Shown: positions 9,182 to 17,501 of the stretch, in pieces
Layout: the number at the start of each line of letters is the position of its first letter
Numbering within the stretch: position 1 is the stretch's first letter
From: a virus
Taxonomy: Duplodnaviria > Heunggongvirae > Uroviricota > Caudoviricetes
Reading direction: 5' to 3' (one strand)
Virus record (IMG/VR): IMGVR_UViG_2802429240_000010
DNA length: 32,334 nt
Notes under the pieces: generated by a model
Database searches by the model: none
Seen by the model: only the letters and a program-made list of their open reading frames with translations
What the model was told of the DNA's origin: nothing
Program-made: the position numbers and the translations under genes

Positions 9182-10082
9182 CCGAGCCTCCGGTCACGAC
9201 GCTGTATTCGGTGCAGAAAGACGCCTGCGTATTGTTGAGCACGATGTCGGCCAGCGGTGCAGTCAGTTCGACACGCTGCACGCCTTCCACATGCAAAGCG
9301 GCATAAATGGCAGACAGACGGATGTCGCGCCCCAGCCGGTGCTGTGCCGTGATATACGCTTCCAGTTTTTTCACGGCGGCAGCGCGGATGGGTTCGCTTT
9401 CGGGACCAGGGTAAAGGTAAAGCGTGGCATTTATCTGGTATTCAACGATGGCGGCAGACTGCACGGTCACGCGGTCGGCCACCGGTCTGACGTCCTCGCC
9501 ATTAAGGGCGTTACGCACCACCGCCAGCAGGTCTTCGGAAGCGACACCGTTATTTTCACGTGACAGCACAGAGATGGTGACACAGGCCGGAGACGGACTG
9601 GTGACAGAGATATCCGCGACACGCCCGTCGGCACTGCGACCATGATACTGATAGGCTCCCACCGACCCGGCGACGCTTAAACCTTCAAACGCCTGCTGAA
9701 TACGCAGACGATAATCGGTGTCAGACTCCATCGCTGCCGGTGTCGGCGGGATAGTCGAATCATCTGCCGGGGTGATAATCAGGCGCGTGGTGTTGTAATT
9801 GGCACCAATCACATCAAGGTCATTACCGGCGGCACAGGCCAGCATCACCGCCCGTGCGGCCTCATTCACACGCTGACGCCAGATAAGCTCACGATAAGCA
9901 TTTTCCTCCAGCAGTTTGACGAGAGGCTCAGATTCCAGTGTCAGGGTACGGGCGACCGCCTCCTGCTGGTCTTCCGGGTAAAGGGAAATCAGTGTCGCCT
10001 TGCGTTCGGCAAGAATGGTTTCAAAGTCCAGCTCCTCGACCACATCCGGTGCGGGTAGCTGGTTCAGGTCGATAATCGGCAT
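9174..10082 (-). CDS. J: Baseplate protein J (P2 gpJ-like), 302 aa
   Basis: 302 aa as in P2 gpJ; conserved sequence; order W-J-I. Confidence 0.9.
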   Translation of the reverse strand: MPIIDLNQLPAPDVVEELDFETILAERKATLISLYPEDQQEAVARTLTLESEPLVKLLEENAYRELIWRQRVNEAARAVMLACAAGNDLDVIGANYNTTRLIITPADDSTIPPTPAAMESDTDYRLRIQQAFEGLSVAGSVGAYQYHGRSADGRVADISVTSPSPACVTISVLSRENNGVASEDLLAVVRNALNGEDVRPVADRVTVQSAAIVEYQINATLYLYPGPESEPIRAAAVKKLEAYITAQHRLGRDIRLSAIYAALHVEGVQRVELTAPLADIVLNNTQASFCTEYSVVTGGSDE

Positions 10083-10086
10083 GATT

Positions 10087-10434
10087 TCAACTCACAGGGA
10101 TGGTTAACGAAAGTGGCTGGCCGGTGTCGTTGTGCTGGCCGGTTAACGTGACCGTCATTCGCCCGTCAAAACTGCGCTCAGTGGTGACGGATGACAGGGT
10201 GACGCGGGGTTCCCATTTCAGCACAGCCATGTAACAGGCGACCTTAATCTGCAACTCAAGCGCCGGGGTCTGCGGCTGGTCAATCATTGACGCCAGCAAC
10301 GAGCCGTAATCACGACGCATCACCCGTGAGCCGACCGGCGTGCGCAGGATATCGCCGATACTCTGGCTGATATGCTCAAGGTCAGTGACAGTCAGGCCAT
10401 CACTGCGACTCATTCCGAGATAACGCGCTGTCAT
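10087..10434 (-). CDS. W: Baseplate protein W (gp25-like), 115 aa
   Basis: 115 aa as in P2 gpW; position between V and J. Confidence 0.9.
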   Translation of the reverse strand: MTARYLGMSRSDGLTVTDLEHISQSIGDILRTPVGSRVMRRDYGSLLASMIDQPQTPALELQIKVACYMAVLKWEPRVTLSSVTTERSFDGRMTVTLTGQHNDTGQPLSLTIPVS

Positions 10435-11066
10435 AAAGGACTCCCGGTTGTGCCGCCGCTGTCGCCGGGGTGTTTATGGGTATGCAGTACCTTACCGTTT
10501 GATGAAAGTTCACCACCGGTGTGTTCAATGTTGCCGCGCATCGTCCCGCCCTTCTGCACTTCCAGCGTGCCGGTAATCAGCCTGTTGGTGCAGACCACCT
10601 CCGGTGTGTCCAGGGTGACGCGGGTTGATGCTTTCACCATGACCACCGGCACCGTGGCAGTAACAGAATCAGAAGCCGTCACGCTGGCCGTTTTAATTCC
10701 GCTTACCGTGAGTGCACTGGTTTCGGGTTCATACTCAATCACCGCCCCGTCAGGGAAACGGATATGCAGGGCATCCGCCGACGCAGACGGCGCGGGGTTA
10801 TCGCCGGAATAAATTCCCGGCAGAACGAACGCCGTGTCGAGTTCACCGCCCACGGCCAGAATCAGCACCTGTTCCCCCACGGAAGGCGCCCACCATGTGC
10901 GCGAACGTCCGGCGCGATGGGTCAGCCACTGAAGCCAGTCGGTGCACATGCCGCCGGTCTGCACACGGCAGCGACCGGCGTTAAGGTCGGTTTCGACGAT
11001 AATGCCGGTGCGTATCATGTTGCGCAGTGCGCGCGCGAGTTCCTGGATATTTGCGAGAGTGTTCAT
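10431..11066 (-). CDS. V: Baseplate spike/assembly protein V, 211 aa
   Basis: 211 aa as in P2 gpV; overlaps the W start by 4 nt. Confidence 0.9.
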   Translation of the reverse strand: MNTLANIQELARALRNMIRTGIIVETDLNAGRCRVQTGGMCTDWLQWLTHRAGRSRTWWAPSVGEQVLILAVGGELDTAFVLPGIYSGDNPAPSASADALHIRFPDGAVIEYEPETSALTVSGIKTASVTASDSVTATVPVVMVKASTRVTLDTPEVVCTNRLITGTLEVQKGGTMRGNIEHTGGELSSNGKVLHTHKHPGDSGGTTGSPL

Positions 11067-11132
11067 AACGGGAAGGATGCCGCCGGGTCATACCGGCGGC
11101 AATGTGACGATGAGGTGTCGGGAATGGCACAA

Positions 11133-11585
11133 CTAACGGTCGAGGTGAGCCAGGATAATCTCTTCAATCATCTGCACATCCTCACCGGTAAAGCCGAGCA
11201 GAGGACGCGCCGGATAATCAATTTTCTTACCGTCTTTCCGGTTTTCTTCCGACAGACCGAACTGATGCACACTGGCGATTTTCGGCGACTTCCCGCCGTA
11301 AAACTCCATTGATGCCTGTTCCGGGCTGGCGCGGATATGCAAAAAACGACTGGTGATAAGTTTCGCAAACATTTTTCGCTTAACGCGACCGGTCTTTTTT
11401 CTGGCGCTCTGCTGCTGGCGTGGTGCGTAGGGTGTGCCGTCCGGGGCTTTCTGTGCCATCACCCGACGCTGCTGACTCTGACGCAGACGTTTCGCCAGTT
11501 CGGCGCTCAGTCGTCGACGCCCTGACGGTGACAGCGATTCAATAAGTCCGGTCATCCGGTCTTCAAAACGCTTAAACTCATTCAT
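11133..11585 (-). CDS. S: Tail completion protein S, 150 aa
   Basis: 150 aa as in P2 gpS; conserved sequence. Confidence 0.9.
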   Translation of the reverse strand: MNEFKRFEDRMTGLIESLSPSGRRRLSAELAKRLRQSQQRRVMAQKAPDGTPYAPRQQQSARKKTGRVKRKMFAKLITSRFLHIRASPEQASMEFYGGKSPKIASVHQFGLSEENRKDGKKIDYPARPLLGFTGEDVQMIEEIILAHLDR

Positions 11586-12045
11586 CCCACTTGCTCACCA
11601 GTTCGCCATTGATATAAAGCTCCATCGGGCGGGTGACCGGCTCCGGCGGCGGGGGTTCCGGGATATTCTTCACATGCAGCGCGCCGTCCACCTCACTGAC
11701 CAGCGTGCGCTCGGTCAGCATCAGGCTGATGCTGATATCAAAGCTGCTGTCATTGTTGATGTCTGCATAAAACGTAAAGCCCTTTTTCTGGCCTTCGTCG
11801 GTGGTCATGATGTCGGGCTGATTTTCCCGCAGCCACGCCAGCACCGGCACGATGAGCAGGTCAAAATCACCGGTAAAGTCGGTCACAATGACATTGAGCG
11901 TGTAACGCTTTTCAAATGACAGCGACGTCGCCAGTGTGGAGGCAATACTCCCGTTATCCACGAATATCCGCAGCATCTCGGGACTGGTTTTCAGCACCGT
12001 GACGGCATCAGTCAGCGCCCTGCGCAGGCTGTCGGGTTTGAGCAT
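11578..12045 (-). CDS. R: Tail completion protein R, 155 aa
   Basis: 155 aa as in P2 gpR; overlaps the S start. Confidence 0.9.
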   Translation of the reverse strand: MLKPDSLRRALTDAVTVLKTSPEMLRIFVDNGSIASTLATSLSFEKRYTLNVIVTDFTGDFDLLIVPVLAWLRENQPDIMTTDEGQKKGFTFYADINNDSSFDISISLMLTERTLVSEVDGALHVKNIPEPPPPEPVTRPMELYINGELVSKWDE

Positions 12046-12298
12046 CGTTTTCGTCCTGACAGTGTTTAATCATTTTTACCTGGCTGGCACAGCGTGCCAG
12101 CGCGTTCTCAAGCTGCCGGATATCGGCACTTAAATCGCCGTTCGTCTCCGGGTCACTGCCCGGCATCGGGCAAAGACTCACTTTCGGGCAGGCGTTGGGG
12201 ACAATCACTGGCGTCAGTGCAGGCGGGGCGCTGGTGCAACCGGCGCACAGCATCAGGCAGGTCAGCGCCGTACCAACGGCGAAAATCTTCGTTTTCAT
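12008..12298 (-). CDS. lysC: LysC-like outer-membrane spanin lipoprotein, 96 aa, embedded out of frame in lysB
   Basis: Internal ATG at 12298-12296 gives MKTKIFAVGTALTCLMLCAGC, a lipoprotein signal with lipobox; 96 aa as in P2 LysC; Rz/Rz1-type nested arrangement. Confidence 0.7.
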   Translation of the reverse strand: MKTKIFAVGTALTCLMLCAGCTSAPPALTPVIVPNACPKVSLCPMPGSDPETNGDLSADIRQLENALARCASQVKMIKHCQDENDAQTRQPAQGAD

Positions 12299-12578
12299 TA
12301 AGTAACCTCGTGATGGTTTTCTCGCGCTGTGCTTCACGTTTCGCGGCGTTCTCCAGTTCCTGACGCAGTGCCACCTGCGCCAGCTCGTTTTTGTCTGCCC
12401 TGGTGAGGGCAACATGAAGCTGATTTTTCAGCATGGTGATGGTCGCCTGCTGCCCACTGGCGACGTTGTTCGCCCTGTCCAGCGAGGCGCGCAGGCTGGC
12501 GTTTTCATGCTTCACCAGAAACAGCGCCGCTACCGCCAGTGATAACAACACAACCAGCACAATCATCAGCTTTGACAT
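12153..12578 (-). CDS. lysB: LysB-like inner-membrane spanin, 141 aa
   Basis: N-terminal transmembrane helix followed by a coiled-coil region; 141 aa as in P2 LysB. Confidence 0.85.
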   Translation of the reverse strand: MSKLMIVLVVLLSLAVAALFLVKHENASLRASLDRANNVASGQQATITMLKNQLHVALTRADKNELAQVALRQELENAAKREAQREKTITRLLNENEDFRRWYGADLPDAVRRLHQRPACTDASDCPQRLPESESLPDAGQ

Positions 12579-12991
12579 AATTCCCGCCCCTCAAGACGCT
12601 GACGACAGGCTTTACGTATCAGCCGGAAAAACAGCGATGCCACGAGATAAATCAGCGCGGTAAAAATCCACCCGGCGGCAACCAGCGAGATAAACGTCGC
12701 CACCATCACCACCAGAGCTGCTGCCCGTCTGTGCCACGGCACCGGCTGCAAAAACAGCGACGTGACAATCTTCACGGCCAGCGATTCCGGCGGCAGCTCC
12801 CGCCCGTAGCGTTCCAGCACATACTCAGTGGCATACACGCCGACACCACCGGCAACCACACAGATAACCGTCGCCAGAATCGCCCAGGCGGCGACAAAAT
12901 TGACGGCCACGCTCTGCGGGTAAATCAGGGACAGTGCCAGCATCAGCGCCAGCGACACGTTCAGCATCAGTGAAAGGGATAATTTCTTCAT
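12566..12991 (-). CDS. lysA: LysA-like membrane protein (lysis timing), 141 aa
   Basis: Multi-pass hydrophobic protein; 141 aa as in P2 LysA; sits between K and lysB. Confidence 0.85.
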   Translation of the reverse strand: MKKLSLSLMLNVSLALMLALSLIYPQSVAVNFVAAWAILATVICVVAGGVGVYATEYVLERYGRELPPESLAVKIVTSLFLQPVPWHRRAAALVVMVATFISLVAAGWIFTALIYLVASLFFRLIRKACRQRLEGRELCQS

Positions 12992-13005
12992 GGTGTTTAC
13001 TCCGT

Positions 13006-13503
13006 TTAAGCCGGTACGCCGCCGGCGGTACGCCAGACGGTGACCAGTTTTTCCAGTGAATGCTCACGCTGACCGTAACCGGCACCCGGCAGGGACGCCC
13101 AGATATTGCGACAGCGTGAAATGGCGCGCTCAATGCGTCCCGCCCGGATGTCATCCAGTGCACCGCGTTCGCGGATCAACTGAATGGCGAGTCTGTCCTG
13201 CGACAACGGACTGAAATCCGGCAGGGCAAGCTGTTTGCGGTAGTGCGGCCAGAACAGGTAAAGCTGCTGATAGCGACCGGAGGCCGTGGATTTTTCACCG
13301 CGACGGTTAAACACCTTCGCCGGTCGGCCATGTGCGAACGGGTGGTCACTGTAGTCGGTGAAAATTTCCGGCTTTCCGTCCAGTCCGGTGACTATCACGT
13401 CATAGCCCCGGTTTTTCGTCAGCGGATGATTCGCCGTCCCTTCGGACACGGCCAGCATGTCGAGAAAGGCGGCGATATTCTGGTGCGTGTTAATTACCGG
13501 CAT
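13006..13503 (-). CDS. K: Endolysin (P2 gpK-like lysozyme), 165 aa
   Basis: 165 aa; sequence resembles P2 gpK; downstream of the holin. Confidence 0.9.
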   Translation of the reverse strand: MPVINTHQNIAAFLDMLAVSEGTANHPLTKNRGYDVIVTGLDGKPEIFTDYSDHPFAHGRPAKVFNRRGEKSTASGRYQQLYLFWPHYRKQLALPDFSPLSQDRLAIQLIRERGALDDIRAGRIERAISRCRNIWASLPGAGYGQREHSLEKLVTVWRTAGGVPA

Positions 13504-13784
13504 TACTGTTTCCCCCTGCCCTTAAAGCGGCGCTGAATGGCAATCTCAATCACCTGATAACCGGCGATACCCAGCATGGAGCCGATGCCGCACACCGCAG
13601 GCAGTGACAGGTCAGGAAACTGCACCAGAACAACACCGGCAACCATCGAGACAAAACCACCGAGCAACATGCGCCCGATAAACAGACGCGGGGTGATGGG
13701 TTCACCACCGGCAAGCACCTTGCCGACAACAATCAGCACCCCAATCATGAAAAGCGACAGGACGCTTTTTTCTTCTGCTGTCAT
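13503..13784 (-). CDS. Y: Holin (P2 gpY-like), 93 aa
   Basis: 93 aa with hydrophobic transmembrane segments; position X-Y-K. Confidence 0.85.
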   Translation of the reverse strand: MTAEEKSVLSLFMIGVLIVVGKVLAGGEPITPRLFIGRMLLGGFVSMVAGVVLVQFPDLSLPAVCGIGSMLGIAGYQVIEIAIQRRFKGRGKQ

Positions 13785-13787
13785 GCG

Positions 13788-13991
13788 TTACTCCCACAGA
13801 TTGACAGTTTCAGCCACGGGCGCGGTCTGAACGTCGGGCAGTTCGACGGCGGTGCCGTGCGGCAGCACCGCACCCAGTTCAGCCAGTCCCGGATTTGCGG
13901 CGAGCACGGCTTCAACCACGCCCTCAGTGCGCCCGTAATAGCGGACACAAATGGCGTCGAGCGTGTCGCCCTGTAGCGCAAAGGTCTTCAT
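13788..13991 (-). CDS. X: Tail protein X, 67 aa
   Basis: MKTFALQGDTLDAICVRYYG... matches P2 gpX over 67 aa; ATG at 13991-13989 shares a base with the stop of L. The longer track ORF (to 14060) is an upstream extension. Confidence 0.85.
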   Translation of the reverse strand: MKTFALQGDTLDAICVRYYGRTEGVVEAVLAANPGLAELGAVLPHGTAVELPDVQTAPVAETVNLWE

Positions 13992-14500
13992 CAGATTTGA
14001 CTCACGATGCAGCGCGGCTTGTCCTGGATACGCGCCACCGCCCAGCGCATATCCCGCCACAGCTCATCAATGGTGCTGTCAATGCTGTCAGCCTTCTTGT
14101 CACCTTTCGCACTGGCATCCACACCGCGATAACGCTCATAAAGCGACGCGGTCGCCATCGCACACACGGCACGCTCGTAGTAAAAAACTTTGATGCTTTC
14201 ACCGTCGATGTCGTCCGCCGGGACGTCAGCCAGACGCGTAAAACCGGCGGCAATTTTCTGTTCGCGGTACTCGTACAGCTCCGCATTTGTCTCCGCCATG
14301 CCTGACTTGATGGCCTCACGCAGACGGGCGGGGGTGACGGTCTGCTCAAGGCGCATACGTTCCCGGACGCGCTTCGGGTCGATATCGGGAAAAAAGAACG
14401 TGTTTTTAATCACCGGCTCGTCGCCTGCCGGTTGCGGGATGACCACCGTACCCTCACCGGACACGGGAGCCTCCTTTCGCGGAATAATCAGCGTCATCAT
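13991..14500 (-). CDS. L: Capsid completion protein L, 169 aa
   Basis: Start at MMTLIIPRKEAP (ATG 14500-14498) gives 169 aa as in P2 gpL; GAGG ribosome-binding site upstream. Confidence 0.85.
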   Translation of the reverse strand: MMTLIIPRKEAPVSGEGTVVIPQPAGDEPVIKNTFFFPDIDPKRVRERMRLEQTVTPARLREAIKSGMAETNAELYEYREQKIAAGFTRLADVPADDIDGESIKVFYYERAVCAMATASLYERYRGVDASAKGDKKADSIDSTIDELWRDMRWAVARIQDKPRCIVSQI

Positions 14501-14599
14501 GACTACCTCTGAAAAGTCGGGCGGTGGACGCCGGTGCAGTGTCAGGTGATTCACCCTCACTGACCGGCGTGCCGCCCTGGCGCGGGGCGCATTCGGTTG

Positions 14600-15337
14600 T
14601 TAACTGGCTTTCTTTTTCGGGCGTCCACGTTTTGCCGGGGTCACGCTCCGGGTCTTACGCGGGGCGCGGGTGACCGCTTTTGGCTGCGGCTCCGGTTTCA
14701 GCTCCCGCTCCAGTCGTTCAATCTCTTTTTTGACGCCTGCCTGACAGTCGAGCTGTGTCGCACGTTGCAGGTGCGCCAGCGCACCGGCGGCATCACCAGC
14801 GTCACGCAGAAACAGACCGGTGATTTTGTGCAGCTTTGCGCGCACTTCATCAGGCATGTCAGCCGTGGCGGTCAGTTCGAGGGTCTCCGTCAGCAGGCGG
14901 GTATCCACAGACTCACCGGCAGCGTGAGCACGCATGGCCGCGAGCGCCACCTCCTCGGTGAACATGTACGGCGGGGTGCGGCGGTGTTTACCCGGCATGG
15001 TCAGACCGTACTTCAGGGCATAACGGGCAATCTCCAGCGCACCGGCAATATCGCCGGTATCCAGACGCCACAGCATGACCGTCATCAGAATGTCATCCTG
15101 TGCACCTTTGCCCTGCTCCAGCACGCCGTTCACCCACGGCAACCAGAACGGCAGCAGTTCGCGTTTTTTCGCGGCCTTAAGCTCTTTTGAATAAATCGCT
15201 TTCAGTGTGCGCTGGTCTGCGGCCAGCTTGACCAGCATCTGCTCATAGACAGTTGCATGTCGCAGCGGGGCGGCTTCCCGCTGCGCGGTCATCGCTGCCG
15301 AGACCCGCATCATGTGGCGCTGTGCGGGACTCGTCAT
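14600..15337 (-). CDS. M: Terminase small/endonuclease subunit (P2 gpM-like), 245 aa
   Basis: Begins MTSPAQRHMMRVSAAMTAQREA as in P2 gpM; basic C-terminal tail. Confidence 0.9.
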   Translation of the reverse strand: MTSPAQRHMMRVSAAMTAQREAAPLRHATVYEQMLVKLAADQRTLKAIYSKELKAAKKRELLPFWLPWVNGVLEQGKGAQDDILMTVMLWRLDTGDIAGALEIARYALKYGLTMPGKHRRTPPYMFTEEVALAAMRAHAAGESVDTRLLTETLELTATADMPDEVRAKLHKITGLFLRDAGDAAGALAHLQRATQLDCQAGVKKEIERLERELKPEPQPKAVTRAPRKTRSVTPAKRGRPKKKAS

Positions 15338-15340
15338 CGG

Positions 15341-16414
15341 TTACGCTCCCGGCTCTGCGGTCGCCTTAGCCGGTGTGGAGAAATCACCGACCTTAATTTT
15401 TTCCACCAGACAACCGGCGGCGTAGTCTTCCACCACGTAATCAATGTTCATTGACTCATAGTTCTCCACGCGGTCGAGTTTCGGGTTTTCCTCAATCACG
15501 CGGCGATGGCTGTCATCCATGTAGTAGATGGACAGGTTTTCCAGCTTCGTGATGAGCATCGCATCAGCCGGGAAGTACGGGACGCGTACCGCCGGCAGGT
15601 TACCGATGCGTTTCTGGCTGATGATGACGTCAGCGGCCAGCATTTCGCTGTTGTCCTGCTCCTTGTTAACGATGGGGAAATACTTGTCCGCCAGTAGCTG
15701 ACGCCCCACAATCACCACAAGGTCAGGGTCTTCCTGATACCACGGCTCAATCAGGTTATTGGTCGCATCCATCACCAGTGCATCAAGGCTGGCATAATCA
15801 CCGCCCTTACCCACGCGGATGACCTCAGAGGTCGTGTGACCTTCCTCGTCAGTGACCTTGCTCATCACGCGCGCCGGGGCTTCATTGCGGTATTTCTGCA
15901 GCCAGCCGACCGCCACATCCTGCAGCATCGGGTTACTGCTGCGGTCAGAGGTTTCGGCACGCTTCACGCCGTTAAAACCGGCCATGATGAAATCAAGGGA
16001 CTGGCGTTTGATAATGGCGTTACGGATACGGAGCTGGAAATCCTGATAACGCGCCCACAGGTCAAGCGTTTTGTAGCGGATATAAAAATCGAAGTTAATC
16101 TGGTCGCATTCGTACTTGTTTGACGCCAGCTTCGAGAAGTCCTTCGGCTGACGCTCGGTGCCACCGGCGGTGTCGGTGGTGCTGGCGATGGAGCCGGTGA
16201 CACCAATACCAATTTTTTCCCCTTTCATTTCGCTGACCGGCACAATGTTGATGCGGGTCAGAAAGTCAGAGGACTCCTGCATGGTGTTCATCAGGGTCTG
16301 GGTGACCGACGGTTCAACGGTGAATTTTTTCGACACATCACCGGCGTCGATGCCGTTCAATTCGGCAACACGGGACAGGTAAGCATTAAATTTAAAGCGG
16401 GTTTCCTGGCGCAT
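15341..16414 (-). CDS. N: Major capsid protein (P2 gpN-like), 357 aa
   Basis: 357 aa as in P2 gpN; position between O and M. Confidence 0.9.
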   Translation of the reverse strand: MRQETRFKFNAYLSRVAELNGIDAGDVSKKFTVEPSVTQTLMNTMQESSDFLTRINIVPVSEMKGEKIGIGVTGSIASTTDTAGGTERQPKDFSKLASNKYECDQINFDFYIRYKTLDLWARYQDFQLRIRNAIIKRQSLDFIMAGFNGVKRAETSDRSSNPMLQDVAVGWLQKYRNEAPARVMSKVTDEEGHTTSEVIRVGKGGDYASLDALVMDATNNLIEPWYQEDPDLVVIVGRQLLADKYFPIVNKEQDNSEMLAADVIISQKRIGNLPAVRVPYFPADAMLITKLENLSIYYMDDSHRRVIEENPKLDRVENYESMNIDYVVEDYAAGCLVEKIKVGDFSTPAKATAEPGA

Positions 16415-16473
16415 AGTTTTTCCTGAAAATTAAGGGTTAATCGTGAAGGTTTTCCCGGACTGACTGACGCCGG

Positions 16474-17328
16474 TCAGCAGTTCGTCATCAGGGCGTCACC
16501 GCCACCACCGGTGGCCTTGCTGCGGCGCTGCTGGGTCAGACTTTCGGTGTGGTCGAGACTGTTTTTCAGGCGGCTGAATGCCTGGCTGGTTTCATCCGCC
16601 CTGTCAGCCACATCCTGCTTAAGTGCGGAAAAGGCGGTTTCCATCTCAGCAAGGCGCTGCTCAGTGGCGCTCAGTTTTTCCTGCACATGTTCAGCAACAG
16701 CGGTCACCGCTTCATGCACATCATTCAGACGGGCGTCATCGCTGGCCTGTTTGCGGCCAAAAATGGATTTCACCTTTTCGGTCAGGGCGGTGAACACGGT
16801 TTCAGGCAGGTCTTCAAATTCCAGCTCAACGGGCGTTGCCACTGAAATCAGGTTTTCAGGGCTTAATTTGAAGCGGTTCAGGGGGTTGTGTTTTGCCGTG
16901 CGGCAGAATTCCAGGTATTCCGTGCCGAGGCTTGCCGGGTCATCGGTGACGGCCAGCCCCACCAGATAACATTTGCCGGTGTTGGCAAAGTTCGGCTGAA
17001 TTTCCATTGAGGTGTAGACCTTCTGCGCGGCCTTGTTCATCGCGATAAGGTCATCGGTCGGGGTGATTTTCGCAAACAGCGCCCATTTGCCTTTCAGCGC
17101 CGAATCATCGTCAATCTTTTCGGCCTTCAGTTCAACCACATCGCCATAACGTTTAAAAATACCGTCAGGCAGGATGCCGCGCAGATGTTCCAGGTTAATG
17201 CGGCAACCATAGACTCGCGGGTCAAAGGTTTCGGCCATTTCCTGAATATCCTGCGCACTGATGACACGCCCGTCACAGGTGTCACCCTCAACGCCGATAC
17301 GAAAGAATTTTGAGACTTTTTTTGCCAT
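16474..17328 (-). CDS. O: Capsid scaffolding protein (P2 gpO-like), 284 aa
   Basis: Start at MAKKVSKFFRIG (ATG 17328-17326) gives 284 aa as in P2 gpO; the track ORF carries a 22-aa upstream extension. Confidence 0.85.
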   Translation of the reverse strand: MAKKVSKFFRIGVEGDTCDGRVISAQDIQEMAETFDPRVYGCRINLEHLRGILPDGIFKRYGDVVELKAEKIDDDSALKGKWALFAKITPTDDLIAMNKAAQKVYTSMEIQPNFANTGKCYLVGLAVTDDPASLGTEYLEFCRTAKHNPLNRFKLSPENLISVATPVELEFEDLPETVFTALTEKVKSIFGRKQASDDARLNDVHEAVTAVAEHVQEKLSATEQRLAEMETAFSALKQDVADRADETSQAFSRLKNSLDHTESLTQQRRSKATGGGGDALMTNC

Positions 17329-17501
17329 TGTCAGGAGTCCTGAATAGTGATTAGAGGAGTCACATGTCGGCATCAGTTTCCCGACGATGCGCATCCTCCG
17401 CCATCAGTCCCGGATGGCTTATCACTGACACAACAGCACCTTAGCGAATCGCGGGGCGCGACTCAGTAGCCTTGCCGTGTATTCATCACGGCGAGGTATT
17501 C
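17329..17501. promoter_or_regulatory. Divergent late promoter region between O (minus) and P (plus)
   Basis: 173-bp gap between divergently transcribed head operons, as at P2 PO/PP; contains an imperfect direct repeat catcagtttcccg (17371-17383) / catcagtcccgg (17402-17413). I found no exact TGT-N12-ACA Ogr motif. Confidence 0.5.

Noticed and set aside
17329-17501. Search for the canonical Ogr-binding TGT-N12-ACA motif in the O/P divergent promoter region.
   Set aside because: No exact TGT-N12-ACA match found by eye; only an imperfect direct repeat. Promoter positions are therefore left unassigned.
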